From Nitrospinales bacterium (GTDB lineage Bacteria; Nitrospinota; Nitrospinia; Nitrospinales; VA-1): 64,000 bases of DNA. Location of the stretch: positions 1,152,001 through 1,216,000 of the forward strand of contig CBDCXL010000002.1 of the NCBI GenBank assembly GCA_965223795.1. The letters run 5' to 3'. The translations under genes and the position numbers were made by a program. Each line of letters opens with the position of its first letter. Position 1 is the first letter of the stretch. This document shows, piece after piece, positions 10,747-22,198 of this stretch. Below the pieces are notes generated by a model. It was not told where the DNA came from. It saw only the letters and a list, made by a program, of their open reading frames with translations, and made no database searches.

Positions 10747-11598
10747 ATGAAGCAGAATGTCATCATCATCCTGGGAATCGTCGTGATCCTGGTGGCCTCG
10801 TCCACGCTGTTCACGGTGCACATGACGCAGAGCGCCATCGTTCTGCAGCTGCAGAAACCGATCAAGACCATCTCGGAACCGGGACTCAATTTCAAGATCC
10901 CGTTCATGCAGCAGGTGCGCTATTTCTCCAACCAGTTGCTGGACCGGGATTCTCCGCCGGCGGAGGTCATCACCAAGGACAAGAAGAACCTGCTGATCGA
11001 CAATTTCACCGTGTGGCGCATCACCGATCCGCTCAAGTTTCTGGAAACGGTGCGCGATGAGCGCGGTGGTGAGTCCCGGCTCGACGACATCCTGTACTCC
11101 GAGCTGCGCGTGGAAATCGGTACGCACGACCTGATCGACGTCGTCACCGAGACCCGCGAAGCCATCATGGAAAAGGTGTCCAAGGAAGCCAACCGCAAAG
11201 CCGCGGAATACGGCATCGAGGTGGTCGAAGTGAGGATCAAGCGCACCGACCTGCCGCCGGAAATCGCCAATTCCATCTACAACCGCATGCGCACGGAGCG
11301 TGAGCGGATCGCCAAGGAGTACCGGTCCGAGGGAAAAGAGGAAGCCACGAAGATCCGCGCCGAAACCGACAAGGAGAGGACCATCCTGATCGCCGAAGCC
11401 TACAAGACCGAACAGGCGGTGCGCGGTGAAGGCGACGCGAAGTCCATCAAGATCTACGCGGATGCGTTCCAGCAGGATCCCGATTTTTACTCCTTCATCC
11501 GGTCCATGGAAGCTTACAAAAACTCCCTGAAAACCGACTCGACCATTCTTCTGTCGGATGACTCGGATTTTCTCAGATTTCTGGAAAAACCGAAATGA
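10747..11598 (+). CDS. hflC: FtsH protease modulator HflC
   Basis: PGLNFKIPF, TKDKKNL, RIKRTDLP, RMRTERER, follows hflK. Confidence 0.95.
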   Translation: MKQNVIIILGIVVILVASSTLFTVHMTQSAIVLQLQKPIKTISEPGLNFKIPFMQQVRYFSNQLLDRDSPPAEVITKDKKNLLIDNFTVWRITDPLKFLETVRDERGGESRLDDILYSELRVEIGTHDLIDVVTETREAIMEKVSKEANRKAAEYGIEVVEVRIKRTDLPPEIANSIYNRMRTERERIAKEYRSEGKEEATKIRAETDKERTILIAEAYKTEQAVRGEGDAKSIKIYADAFQQDPDFYSFIRSMEAYKNSLKTDSTILLSDDSDFLRFLEKPK

Positions 11599-11661
11599 TC
11601 CTCCCCCCATTGTTCCGTTCCCGGGAAGCCGCCGGGCATTCCATTCGGATTTGACGGAATC

Positions 11662-13029
11662 ATGAAAATTCTCATCGTCGGTGCGGGCGTCGTGGGGTTC
11701 AACCTGGCCCAGGAGCTGTCCAAGGAAGGCCACGACATCGCCATCATCGATCAGAACACAGAAAAGATCCGCCGCATCGCCGACACGCTCGACGTGCTTT
11801 CGATCAAGGGCAACGCCTGCCTTCCCAGCGTGCTGCTGCAGGGTGGGATCGAATCGATGGAAATGGTGATCGCAGTCACGGACAAGGACGAGATCAACCT
11901 CCTGGTCTGCTTCCTCGCCTCCAAATTCAAAGTCGAAAAACGATTCGCCCGCATCCGCTTTGAAGAGTTTTCCAAGCAGGATGCGATCTTCACGCCTGAA
12001 GAGCTGTGCGTCGATCAGGTCATCAATCCGGGTCAGATCATCGTGGACACGATCACGAAAATCATCAGCACGCCGGGTGTGGTGAACGTGGCCGAATTCG
12101 CCGAGGGCGAGGTGCTTTTGCGCGAATTCGACGTGCCGGAGAACGCGCCGCTGGCGGGAAAAACCATCCAGGAGCTGAGCGGCGTTTCGGCGATGGACTC
12201 GTTTCTCATCGTCGCCATCGTGCGCGAGGGCAAACTGGTCATCCCGCGCGCCGAGGACGTGATTCAGGCGGGCGACAGGATCTACACCATCGTCGACAGG
12301 GAATTCCTGCCGTTTCTGCTTCCCATGCTGAACAAAACCCTGGAGGAAGTCAGCACGGTGGTGATCTACGGCGCCAACCGGATTTCCATCAATCTGGCGA
12401 AGGCGCTGGGCGACACGATTCCGAACCTGTACATCATCGAGCCCTCGCGCGAAAAAGCCAACCAGGCGGCGGAAATGCTTTCGCGCTGCGTGGTGCACCA
12501 CGGCAGCGGCACGGACATGAACCTGTTCAACGACGTCAACATGCGGCAAGCGGATTTTTTTCTCTCGCTTTCCACGGACGACGAAGCCAACATCCTTTCG
12601 GCGCTGCTGGCGAAAAAAAACGGGGCGAAACGCGCGCTGGTGATCACGCACGATCCGGAGTACCTGCCGATCCTCGATTCCATCGGCATGGACGTGACCA
12701 TCAACCCGCGGCTGATCACCGTCAGCGCCATTCTCAAGCACCTGCGCAAGGGCCGGGTCATGTCGGTGTTCAAGCTGATCGAGGACGCGGAGGTGATCGA
12801 GATCGGCATCGATTCGAAATCCTCGGTCATCGGCAAAGCCATCGCCAAGGTGCGCTTTCCCGCGGACGCGATGATCGGGGCGATCTTAAGAAAAGGCGAC
12901 ATGATCGTCCCCAACGGGGACATCCAGTTCGAACAGGGGGATTCGGTCGTGGTGGTGGCGCTTCCGCAGGCCATCGATAAAATCGAGAAAATCTTCGGCG
13001 CCAAAAGAAACTTTCTGCCCTTCCTATGA
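11662..13029 (+). CDS. trkA: Trk K+ uptake NAD-binding subunit TrkA
   Basis: Two RCK_N/RCK_C pairs; IVGAGVVG Rossmann start. Confidence 0.95.
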   Translation: MKILIVGAGVVGFNLAQELSKEGHDIAIIDQNTEKIRRIADTLDVLSIKGNACLPSVLLQGGIESMEMVIAVTDKDEINLLVCFLASKFKVEKRFARIRFEEFSKQDAIFTPEELCVDQVINPGQIIVDTITKIISTPGVVNVAEFAEGEVLLREFDVPENAPLAGKTIQELSGVSAMDSFLIVAIVREGKLVIPRAEDVIQAGDRIYTIVDREFLPFLLPMLNKTLEEVSTVVIYGANRISINLAKALGDTIPNLYIIEPSREKANQAAEMLSRCVVHHGSGTDMNLFNDVNMRQADFFLSLSTDDEANILSALLAKKNGAKRALVITHDPEYLPILDSIGMDVTINPRLITVSAILKHLRKGRVMSVFKLIEDAEVIEIGIDSKSSVIGKAIAKVRFPADAMIGAILRKGDMIVPNGDIQFEQGDSVVVVALPQAIDKIEKIFGAKRNFLPFL

Positions 13030-14498
13030 ACATCCAGGCAATCTTCAATGTTGTCGGGGTCCTGCTTCTTCTGCTTTCCGGTCTTCTGCTCGTTCCGGTC
13101 GGCGTTTCGTATTACTACAGCTCTCCCGCTCTGCCCGGACACTTCACCAGCTTTGAGGCGTTTTTAATCACGCTCGCGGCCTCGTTCATCACCGGGCTCG
13201 CGCTCTGGAAGCTGCTTCCCTCCGGTGTGGAAAAGCTGCGCGACCGGGAAGGATTCGCCATCGTGGCGTTCTCCTGGCTGTGCGTCGCCGTGTTCGGTGC
13301 GCTGCCGTTTTTTCTGACCGGAGTCTGTCCGAAATTCATCGATGCGCTTTTCGAAAGCATGAGCGGCTTCACCACCACCGGCGCATCGGTGCTCACGAAT
13401 ATCGAGGCGGCGCCGCGGGAGATCCTGTTCTGGCGGAATCTGACGCAGTGGATCGGCGGCATGGGGATCATCATTCTGTCTCTGGCCATCTTTCCGGTGC
13501 TGGGGATCGGCAGCTTCCACCTGTTCAAGGCGGAGATCCCCGGCGGATCGACGGTGGAGCGCATGCAACCGAGGCTGGCGGAAACCGCCAAGGTGCTGTG
13601 GAAAACCTACATGGTGCTCACGCTGCTGGAAATCGCGATGCTCAAGGCCGGAGGCCTGGGCTGGTTCGACGCCGTCTGCCACACGTTTTCGACGGTGGCG
13701 ACGGGAGGGTTTTCGCCCTACAACGCCAGCATCGGGCATTTCAACAGCGGCTACGTGGAAGCGGTCGTCATCCTGTTCATGTTTCTGGGCGGGGTGAACT
13801 TCGCCCTGCACTATCAACTGGTGGTGCGAAACTTCAAGGCGGTGTTTCACAATCCGGAGTTTCGCATCTATTGCCTGATGCTGGCGGGCGGCATCCTGTT
13901 CGCCGCGCTGGCGCTGCTCAAGACGGGCTCCAAGACCGATCCGGGCGACGCGTTCCGCAGCGCCGCGTTCACGATCGTTTCGATCAATTCCACCACGGGA
14001 TTCGTCACGGACGATTTCAACCAGTGGCCCGACTTTCTCCGGGTGATGATGCTGATGATCATGATGGTGGGCGCGTGCACGGGATCGACCAGCGGTTCGC
14101 TCAAGATCATCCGCTTCATCATCCTGTTCAAGGTGGTGATGCGTGAATTCAGGCGGCTGGTGCACCCGCGCGCGATCTTTCACATCAAGGTGAGCGGCAA
14201 GACGATCGCCCCGGAACACTTGACCAATGTGGTGGCACTGACGCTGATGTTTCTCGGGCTTTCAACGGTGAGTTGTTTTCTTCTGACCCTGATGGGTGTC
14301 GATCTCACAACGGCGTATTCGGCCTCGGTGGCGACGCTGTTCAACATCGGGCCCGGTCTGGGCGAGGTGGGCGCGACGGGAAATTACGCGTCGATTCCCT
14401 TTCTCGGAAAGGCGATCGCCATTTCCTGGATGCTGATGGGGCGGCTGGAGATTTACGGCGTGATGCTCATCTTCCTGCCCTTGACCTGGAAAAAATAA
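13026..14498 (+). CDS. trkH: Trk K+ uptake membrane subunit TrkH
   Basis: FESMSGFTTTGA, QWIGGMGII, TVATGGFS, GSTSGS, NIGPGLG, MGRLE; ATGA overlap with trkA. Confidence 0.95.
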   Translation: MNIQAIFNVVGVLLLLLSGLLLVPVGVSYYYSSPALPGHFTSFEAFLITLAASFITGLALWKLLPSGVEKLRDREGFAIVAFSWLCVAVFGALPFFLTGVCPKFIDALFESMSGFTTTGASVLTNIEAAPREILFWRNLTQWIGGMGIIILSLAIFPVLGIGSFHLFKAEIPGGSTVERMQPRLAETAKVLWKTYMVLTLLEIAMLKAGGLGWFDAVCHTFSTVATGGFSPYNASIGHFNSGYVEAVVILFMFLGGVNFALHYQLVVRNFKAVFHNPEFRIYCLMLAGGILFAALALLKTGSKTDPGDAFRSAAFTIVSINSTTGFVTDDFNQWPDFLRVMMLMIMMVGACTGSTSGSLKIIRFIILFKVVMREFRRLVHPRAIFHIKVSGKTIAPEHLTNVVALTLMFLGLSTVSCFLLTLMGVDLTTAYSASVATLFNIGPGLGEVGATGNYASIPFLGKAIAISWMLMGRLEIYGVMLIFLPLTWKK

Positions 14499-14939
14499 CC
14501 GGCGGCCCTCCCCGCCCCCGCCCGCCCGGTGTTTGCGTCCTCTGCGTCCCGGTTTGCTCAAACCGTTTTGAATGAAGGCCGTCCCCCGGTTTTCCGTGAG
14601 TCCGAAGGTGGGGAAATAACGATTGATTTTGCCCCCTCAATAATTTACTATTCCAAGATTCCCGGCAAAGCAGTCCATTTTTCAACAGTTTTATTGCGTA
14701 AGAACAGCCTTGTTACCGGGATGCCAAACCACTCCTCTGAAAGAGGAACGCTCTGATACAGCCTCCGCAATTCGCGCCGTTTGCATCCCTTTTTATTTTG
14801 CCCGGGGCGGCGGATTTTTTTTGGGGTTTTCTGGGCGTTTCATGCGGTTTGCAGCCTGTGGACGGTCCGCGACGGCGTGCTATGAGCCGGCCGGGGACGA
14901 TGAACTGAATTCAGACTCGATAACATAAAGGATGCGACG

Positions 14940-16733
14940 ATGGCAGACGCACCCCGCCCGATTAAAATAACCGATGTCATTTTAAGAGACGCTCATCAAT
15001 CCCTGCTCGCCACGCGGATGAAAACGGAAGACATGCTCCCCATCGCCGGGAAACTCGACCAGGTCGGGTTCTTCTCTTTGGAGATGTGGGGCGGCGCGAC
15101 GTTCGACTCCTGCATCCGTTTTCTCAACGAAGACCCGTGGGACCGGATCCGCAAGCTCAAGCAGAAGATTCCCAACACGCCGTTCCAGATGCTGCTTCGC
15201 GGCCAGAACTGCGTGGGCTACCGGCACTACGCCGACGACATCGTCGAACGCTTCGTGAAACATTCGGCCGACGAGGGCATCAACATCTTCCGCATTTTCG
15301 ATGCGCTCAACGACTTCAGAAACATCGAGACCGCGGTCAATACGGTGAAAAAATGCGGTGAGACGGTGGAAGGCACGATCAGCTACACGGTGAGCCCGGT
15401 GCACAACATCGAGCTTTACCTCAAGATGGCGAAGGACCTTGAGAACATGGGATCGGACATCCTGTGCATCAAGGACATGGCTGGCCTGCTGACGCCCTCG
15501 GTCACGCGCGAGCTGATCAGCGAGATCAAGAAAAACGTCAACCTGCCGATCCACCTGCACACGCATTCGACCACCGGCCTTGCAGGCATGAACATCCAGT
15601 GCGCCATCGACGCGGGCGTGGACATGGTGGACACGGCGATCTCGAGCATGTCCATGGGCACGTCGCATTATCCGACAGAGAGCCTGGTGGCGGCGCTCAA
15701 AGGCACCCCCTATGACACCGGTCTGGACCTGAACCTTCTGGAAGAAATCGCCGACTACTTCACGGAAGTGCGAAAAAATTACGCGCAGTTTGAAAGCGAC
15801 TTCAAGGGCGTGGACGTGAACATCCTCGATTCGCAGATCCCCGGCGGCATGATCTCCAATATGGAAAACCAGCTCAAGGAGCAGAACGCCATCGACAAGC
15901 TGGATGAGGTGTTGAAGGAGGTGCCGCGCGTCCGCAAGGACATGGGCTACCCGCCTCTGGTCACGCCCACCAGCCAGATCGTGGGATCGCAGGCGACGCT
16001 GAACGTGCTGACCGGCGAACGCTACAAGATCATCACCAAGGAAACGCGGGAATGCGTCCTCGGTAAATACGGGCGGCTTCCCGGCCCTCTTGACGAGGAT
16101 CTTCTGGCGAAGGTTTCGGAAAATGAAAAGGTGATCGACTGCCGGCCGGCGGATCTTCTGAAGCCCGAATGGGAAGGCGTGGTCAAGGATCTTGGCGACA
16201 AATACACTTCCGAAGAGGACCGGCTTTCCTACGCTTTGTTCCCCAAGGTGGCGATCAAGTTTTTCGAAACCAGGGGCAAACCGCAGCCGGAATCCCCCGC
16301 TCCCAAAGCCGCCGCCAAGGCCGCCGCGGCGGCACCGGCGGCAGCTCAACCGGCTGCGGCCATTGCGGGCGCCACCTCCTTCAATGTGAAAGTCAACGGA
16401 CGGGACTATTTCGTCGAGGTGAGCCACGGCGGCGCCGCAGCACCCGCCGCCCAGCAGGCTTCGGCCCCGCCTCCGGCGCCCGCTCCGGCACCTGCCGCAG
16501 CACCGGCGCAAGCCACCGCGGGCCAGGCCGTCACCGCGCCGCTTCCCGGTTCGGTGTTCTCCATCAAATGCAGCGTCGGCGATACGGTCACGGAAAGCGA
16601 CACGGTGATCGTGCTCGAATCCATGAAGATGGAGTCCGAGGTCAAATCCTCGGTGAGCGGGACCGTGAAGTCCATCCTGGTCAAGGAAGGGGACAAAGTG
16701 CAAACCGGTGACGAGTTGGTGATCGTAGGCTGA
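14940..16733 (+). CDS. oadA: Oxaloacetate decarboxylase alpha subunit (carboxyltransferase plus biotin carrier)
   Basis: [43 protein letters not shown]; Ala/Pro linker; ESMKM biotinyl motif. Confidence 0.92.
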   Translation: MADAPRPIKITDVILRDAHQSLLATRMKTEDMLPIAGKLDQVGFFSLEMWGGATFDSCIRFLNEDPWDRIRKLKQKIPNTPFQMLLRGQNCVGYRHYADDIVERFVKHSADEGINIFRIFDALNDFRNIETAVNTVKKCGETVEGTISYTVSPVHNIELYLKMAKDLENMGSDILCIKDMAGLLTPSVTRELISEIKKNVNLPIHLHTHSTTGLAGMNIQCAIDAGVDMVDTAISSMSMGTSHYPTESLVAALKGTPYDTGLDLNLLEEIADYFTEVRKNYAQFESDFKGVDVNILDSQIPGGMISNMENQLKEQNAIDKLDEVLKEVPRVRKDMGYPPLVTPTSQIVGSQATLNVLTGERYKIITKETRECVLGKYGRLPGPLDEDLLAKVSENEKVIDCRPADLLKPEWEGVVKDLGDKYTSEEDRLSYALFPKVAIKFFETRGKPQPESPAPKAAAKAAAAAPAAAQPAAAIAGATSFNVKVNGRDYFVEVSHGGAAAPAAQQASAPPPAPAPAPAAAPAQATAGQAVTAPLPGSVFSIKCSVGDTVTESDTVIVLESMKMESEVKSSVSGTVKSILVKEGDKVQTGDELVIVG

Positions 16734-17923
16734 TGGAGGAACTCAATTTTCTCAATGCCGCCGCCAAGGTGCTGGGAAGCACCGGTTTCACCGCCCTGAC
16801 CCCAGGACACGGCGTGATGATCGTTGTTTCCTTCGTCCTCCTTTATCTGGCAATCTGGAAAAAATTCGAGCCGCTTCTGCTTCTGCCCATCGGTTTCGGC
16901 TGTCTGATGGCCAACCTGCCGCTGAGCATGATGACGAACACGGACGAAGGCGGGCTGCTCAGCTTTTTCTACATGGGCGTGAAGCACGAGATCCTGCCGC
17001 CGCTGATTTTTCTGGGTGTGGGCGCGCTCACGGATTTCGGGCCGCTGCTCGCCAACCCCACGACGCTGCTATTGGGCGCGGCGGCTCAGATCGGCGTGTA
17101 CACAACGCTGATCGGCGCGGTGGCGCTGGGCTTCACGCTCGAAGAGGCGAGCGCCATCGGCATCATCGGCGGCGCGGACGGACCCACGTCCATTTTCATC
17201 GCCAGCAAACTGGCGCCCCACCTCTTGGCCCCCATTGCGGTGGCGGCGTATTCGTATATGTCGCTGGTCCCTCTCATTCAACCACCCATCATGCGCTTTT
17301 TGACTTCGAAGCAGGAGCGCACCATCAAGATGGAGCAGCTCAAACCGATCTCGCAGACAGTGAAGATCCTGTTTCCGATCGTGGTCACGGTGATCTGCTG
17401 CCTCATGCTGCCGGGCGTCACGCCGCTGTTGGGAATGCTGATGCTGGGCAACCTGTTCCGCGAGTGCGGCGTCACAGCGAGATTGCACGAAACCTCGGAA
17501 ACGCATCTGATCAACATCGTCACCATCCTGCTGGCGCTGGCGGTGGGATCGTCGATGACGGCGGAATCCTTTCTGAGACTGGAGACGATCAAGATCATCG
17601 TGCTGGGGCTTCTGGCCTTCTGCATGGCGACGGCGGGCGGGGTCTTGTTCGGCAAGCTCATGTGCAAGTTTTCCGGCGGCCGGGTCAATCCGCTGATCGG
17701 CTCGGCAGGCGTTTCGGCGGTGCCGATGGCCGCGCGCGTGTCGCAGAAGGTCGGCGCCGAAGAGGACCATTCGAATTTTCTTCTGATGCATGCGATGGGC
17801 CCCAACGTGGCGGGCGTCATCGGCAGCGCGGTGGCGGCGGGGGTGTTCATCTCCCTGTTCGGCACGCCCGGTCCGGAAACCCAGGCGGCGCTGGAAACGG
17901 CGCAAGAACTTCTGCTGCCTTAA
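16733..17923 (+). CDS. oadB: Na+-translocating decarboxylase beta subunit
   Basis: [48 protein letters not shown]. Confidence 0.95.
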   Translation: MEELNFLNAAAKVLGSTGFTALTPGHGVMIVVSFVLLYLAIWKKFEPLLLLPIGFGCLMANLPLSMMTNTDEGGLLSFFYMGVKHEILPPLIFLGVGALTDFGPLLANPTTLLLGAAAQIGVYTTLIGAVALGFTLEEASAIGIIGGADGPTSIFIASKLAPHLLAPIAVAAYSYMSLVPLIQPPIMRFLTSKQERTIKMEQLKPISQTVKILFPIVVTVICCLMLPGVTPLLGMLMLGNLFRECGVTARLHETSETHLINIVTILLALAVGSSMTAESFLRLETIKIIVLGLLAFCMATAGGVLFGKLMCKFSGGRVNPLIGSAGVSAVPMAARVSQKVGAEEDHSNFLLMHAMGPNVAGVIGSAVAAGVFISLFGTPGPETQAALETAQELLLP

Positions 17924-17931
17924 AGGAAATC

Positions 17932-18198
17932 ATGAACACCGCGCTTGCCACATCCGTTTCGGTTTCCCTGCTGGCGATGGGCGTCATCTTCGTCGTCCTC
18001 ACGCTGCTCATCTTCACCATCAACGTCCTGGTGAAGCTGGTTCCCTACAAGGCGCCGCCACCCGCTCCTGCGAAACCGAAAGCGCCCGCACCGGCCTCGG
18101 CAGAGGACGAACACATCGCCGCAATCTCGGCGGCGCTCGCCGCGCACATGGGCAAATCCCTCGACCAGTTCCGCATCGTCAACATTTCCTCGCGCTGA
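17932..18198 (+). CDS. oadG: OadG-family decarboxylase gamma subunit
   Basis: 88 aa after AAGGA RBS; TM MGVIFVVLTLLI, Pro/Ala linker, EHIAAISAAL. Confidence 0.85.
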   Translation: MNTALATSVSVSLLAMGVIFVVLTLLIFTINVLVKLVPYKAPPPAPAKPKAPAPASAEDEHIAAISAALAAHMGKSLDQFRIVNISSR

Positions 18199-18229
18199 AA
18201 CGGCGCTGCTCAAAAAAACGCAGCCGCCG

Positions 18230-21200
18230 TCAATTGGTGTCTTCGGCGGGAAGGGTCAGGATGTATTCGGGAGTCTGCAAGATGCCCTGAAAGATGCCGG
18301 TCACTTTTTTGGTGAGGGAAGTGAATGGAATCGGCCGGATCCTGGGGTCGTCGAATTTGCCTTTGACGGTGAAATAAGTTTTCACCAGGCTCTGTTCGTC
18401 GCCGCCGGTGATGATTTTTCCGACCACGGGAATTTTGGTGAGGAACTTGTCGAGTTCCGCAAGCGGCGCGACTCCCAGAATGGCGTCGATTTCGTTGCGC
18501 TTGAGGTCGAACTTGCCGACGAGCGAACTGCGGCGGGTGGCGTCTTCGTAAATGAAGTTTTCGGTCTGGGCGAGGCTTTCGGACAGGGTGAACCTGCCCG
18601 CGATCTGCTTGTAGAGAGTCGGCCCTTTATTGTCAGCGGGCTCCTCGCCGACTTTTTTCAACGAGCCGAACAGACGCAGGGCGCCGAGCTTGAGACGCTG
18701 GTAATCGATCTTTCCGGAGCGGAAATCGAACGCGGCCTTGGCCACGAGGGAATTGCCGAACTCGGACCATCCCTTGCCCTGCCCTTTGACGCGGATATCG
18801 AGGGTCTTCATCTGCCCGGACAGGCCCCCCTCGAAGGTGTCCCCGAACAGTTCGAAAAAATGCCGCGCGGGGATCTCCTTGGCCTGCAGCAACCCGCGGA
18901 ACTGGGTGCGCTCGGAATCCTGAATCTCCAGCACGCCGCGGCCCTTGATGCGGCTGGGCTTGCCGAAATCCAGCCGCTTGATGTTGAGTTTCCGGTTTTC
19001 CACCGCGATGTCGCCGGAAACGGCTTTGAGGTTGAGCACGCGGTAATCCAGAGTGTCCAGGTCGAAGGCGATGCGGCAGGCGCCTTCGCTGAACAGGGTG
19101 AAATCGTGCAGCATCTTCACCATCCCGCCTTCCTTGCCGCTGCTCTCGGGCAACAGCTCGTCCAGAATCAGATCGCGTCCGAGAATCTTCAGATCCATTT
19201 TCGGCCGCGGCCCCTGCTTGTACTGGGCGCTGAACATCAGCCGGGTGCGGTCCGATTCCAGCTTGCCCTGCTGCACGTCGTAGTGGCCGCCGGCGAATGC
19301 CACACGCGCGTTGAGGATGAAGTCGTGCAGGTTGTCGCGCGGTGAAAATTTCAGATCCTTGAGATCGACGTTGCCGGAAAACTCGGCGTTGGCGATGTCT
19401 TTAAAATCTCCTTTTCCGGTGATGTTGAAATCGGCGATCCCGGCGCGGTTGTCGTTGAGCACTTCAAACACCGGAGCCACCACGTAGGTTTTGAAGTTTT
19501 TGGAATCCAGGGTGAGGGCGAACCGCTGGCTGTCCAGGTCGTCGATCCTGCCGCTGCCTGTGACGGTGTTTCCGCCCAGCTCGTATTCCAGCTCGTCGAT
19601 GCGGATGCCCTCACCTTCGCGGTAGGCGCCGCGCATCTGAAACTCGTTGAAAAAATTCTCCGGCTTGTCGAACGCGCCGCCGTAACGGTATCCGGCCTGG
19701 GACAGATCCAGCCTGTGGTCGAAGCGGAATCCCTCCGGCGTGCCGACGACCTTGAGCGTGGTCTCCGCCGTGCCGGTGAACTTGAGGTCCCCCAGAACCG
19801 GCAGGCCGGACAGCGAGGCGGTGGTCAGGTCCGGAGATTTCAGGATCAGGGAAACGTGCAGCCCGGTTTTATTTTTAGGCCCGATGTCGCCCTCCAGTTG
19901 AAAGCGCGAGCCGTTGTAAGTCCCCTGGATGTTCGCGAGGTGCAGCCGGTCTTCACCGAATTCCATGCCGCCTGTGAGCCCGCTGACGGGTTGCACCTTA
20001 TCGTCACGGGGCCTGAGCGTCAGGTTGACCAGCGAGATCTTGCCCCACTCCTTCATGCCGCCGGGCTGATCCGGATTTCCGTATTCATTGAAATCCACCT
20101 CGGCGCTGCCCTTGGTGAAGTCCATCTTACGATGTAGGGAATCGAACGGCGCGGACAGCTCAAGATCGGCGATGACTTTCGGGAGCTGTTCGGCGTGGAT
20201 CCGGAATATCCCGTTGGCGCTCTTGAGCGGAACGCCTTTGTTCAGGATGATCTTCCCTTCCATATTGGAGAAGGAACTCAGCCCGAATTTCCCGGATAGG
20301 TCTTCGTAATGCAGCAGCAGAAATTCTTTCCGGGTTCGCACGATGCGTTCCGGCAGCTGGCGGTAATGGATGATGCCGGTCACGTTTTCGAGCCGGGGGC
20401 CGATGGTTTTGTCGTTCAGGGAGACGTTGTCGAGAAACAGGCTCGCGTTGATGGAAAGGTCTTCGGGTTTCTCCAGCGGGCCGGAGAGGCGCAGGAGAAA
20501 TTTCCCGGGTCCCTTAAAATCGCTGTAATCGCTGAGATACGCCTGCGATTCCTGGTCGTCGCCGATCAGGTCGAGCAGAATCGCGTGAAACTTGCGCATG
20601 TCCACTCCGGTTTCAATGGAAAGGTCGGCGACGGGATTGAATATCATGTTGCGGATGGTTCCCTTGATGCTGGAGATCGCCTGGTTTTTGTACACGGCTC
20701 CGACGATTCTGACGGTGCTGATGCCCGATTCGAGCTGCACGGAACCGGTGACCTTCTTGAAGGGGAACAGCGGTTCCTGCCAGTCCATGTCTTCCATGGC
20801 GATATGCGCCGAAAACTGTTTGTGATTCTGCGGCTGGTCGAGATTTCTGAGCTGGCTCAAGGTGCCGGAAAACTGCATCGACTCGACTTTGATATTGCCG
20901 TTGCGGAACCGTTTGTGAACGCGCTGGTGGTACTCGTCGGGCAGGATGTGCAGGGGAAGGTAATTTTTGGTTTTGTTGATCGGAATGCTGCTGGTGGAAA
21001 ATTCAAAGGTGATCGCGGGGTCTTCGGACTGAAACGCGGACAGGATGCCTCTGCCGGTGAACTCGAATTCTCCGGTCTGCATCCGCACTTCGCGGACGTC
21101 GAATCGATCCTGGTTCATGCGGACGCTGTAATCGAGTGTTCCTTTCGGAGGAAACGGGACATCCGCCGCTTTTGCGGTTTCCGGATCGAGCACGTACTGA

Positions 21201-22051
21201 AATTTCCCGGTGGTCTGCAACCCTTCCCGGAGACCGCCGGAAAATCCCGATTCCAGGGACACGCGCGCTTCCTTGAGGCTTTCGGGTATCCAGCGTGTGA
21301 GGTAGGGCTGAAACCGTTTCACTTCCAGATTCTCGATCTCGGCGAATCCTTCCACGGACAGATCGGCCATCACGCGGTTCTTGAGCGAGGTGTCCGCGCT
21401 TCCGGAAAAATGGAACAGGGCCGGGGTGAGTTTTCCGGGAAGCGAGCCTTCGAACTTGAACTCGAAAGGAATCTGCAGCAGTTTTTTCCGCAGCAGCAGG
21501 TAGATGTCCTGCACCACGATGGGTTCCGGCGCGGGCAGACTGGACATTTTGTAATCGTAAAACCTGAGCGTCCCGCCTTTCACTTCGACCCGGCGCATGA
21601 ATTTTGCGTTGAGGACTTTGAGCAGCCCCTCTCCCGAAGCGCCCGCCGCTCCCGGCTTGCCGAGACTGATGTTGAAGGCCCCGGTCTCGTCGCGGATCAC
21701 CTGAATGGACGCGCCTTCGACGACGATTTTTTTCAGCTCGACTCTCTGCCTGAGCAGGGGCCAGAACTTGATGACCATCCACAATTTCTTCGCGAAGAAT
21801 CGGGGCTCGCCCTGGTGAAACCCGCCGATGCGCACATCCAGAATCTGAACGCGGATGCCTTTGGTGAAGCTCATGTCGGCGGCGCTGATGGACACTTCCC
21901 GGCCGGTCAGGCGCTCGAGCTGTTCGACGGCGACTTTTTTGATGTTCTCGATATCGCTGAGCTGATAAAACACCGCGGCGCCGACGGCGAGGACGGTCAG
22001 GAACAGCACGGCCACGGTGTACAGGGCGATCTTTTTTTTGGAAGCGGCCAT
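18230..22051 (-). CDS. AsmA-like/YhdP-type protein (AsmA_2 C-terminus)
   Basis: N-terminal TM, long beta-rich body, C-terminal KIPVVGKIITG...YFTVKGKFDDP. Confidence 0.8.
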   Translation of the reverse strand: MAASKKKIALYTVAVLFLTVLAVGAAVFYQLSDIENIKKVAVEQLERLTGREVSISAADMSFTKGIRVQILDVRIGGFHQGEPRFFAKKLWMVIKFWPLLRQRVELKKIVVEGASIQVIRDETGAFNISLGKPGAAGASGEGLLKVLNAKFMRRVEVKGGTLRFYDYKMSSLPAPEPIVVQDIYLLLRKKLLQIPFEFKFEGSLPGKLTPALFHFSGSADTSLKNRVMADLSVEGFAEIENLEVKRFQPYLTRWIPESLKEARVSLESGFSGGLREGLQTTGKFQYVLDPETAKAADVPFPPKGTLDYSVRMNQDRFDVREVRMQTGEFEFTGRGILSAFQSEDPAITFEFSTSSIPINKTKNYLPLHILPDEYHQRVHKRFRNGNIKVESMQFSGTLSQLRNLDQPQNHKQFSAHIAMEDMDWQEPLFPFKKVTGSVQLESGISTVRIVGAVYKNQAISSIKGTIRNMIFNPVADLSIETGVDMRKFHAILLDLIGDDQESQAYLSDYSDFKGPGKFLLRLSGPLEKPEDLSINASLFLDNVSLNDKTIGPRLENVTGIIHYRQLPERIVRTRKEFLLLHYEDLSGKFGLSSFSNMEGKIILNKGVPLKSANGIFRIHAEQLPKVIADLELSAPFDSLHRKMDFTKGSAEVDFNEYGNPDQPGGMKEWGKISLVNLTLRPRDDKVQPVSGLTGGMEFGEDRLHLANIQGTYNGSRFQLEGDIGPKNKTGLHVSLILKSPDLTTASLSGLPVLGDLKFTGTAETTLKVVGTPEGFRFDHRLDLSQAGYRYGGAFDKPENFFNEFQMRGAYREGEGIRIDELEYELGGNTVTGSGRIDDLDSQRFALTLDSKNFKTYVVAPVFEVLNDNRAGIADFNITGKGDFKDIANAEFSGNVDLKDLKFSPRDNLHDFILNARVAFAGGHYDVQQGKLESDRTRLMFSAQYKQGPRPKMDLKILGRDLILDELLPESSGKEGGMVKMLHDFTLFSEGACRIAFDLDTLDYRVLNLKAVSGDIAVENRKLNIKRLDFGKPSRIKGRGVLEIQDSERTQFRGLLQAKEIPARHFFELFGDTFEGGLSGQMKTLDIRVKGQGKGWSEFGNSLVAKAAFDFRSGKIDYQRLKLGALRLFGSLKKVGEEPADNKGPTLYKQIAGRFTLSESLAQTENFIYEDATRRSSLVGKFDLKRNEIDAILGVAPLAELDKFLTKIPVVGKIITGGDEQSLVKTYFTVKGKFDDPRIRPIPFTSLTKKVTGIFQGILQTPEYILTLPAEDTN

Positions 22052-22198
22052 GGAAAGTCGGCGGATCAAATCCGAAACAGGTTAGAATGGTCCTCAACGA
22101 TGAATGTCAATGAAACCCGCTGATGCATACCCGATCGGACTCTCGCAGCAACAAGCGGCCTGGGATTGGCGCGGGTCCTTATTTAATCAACCGGTGTC

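Noticed and set aside
10597..22123. Long antisense ORFs (10597-12741, 14982-16703, 20309-22123 and similar)
   Set aside because: They are shadow frames of well-supported genes in GC-rich DNA with no recognisable motifs.
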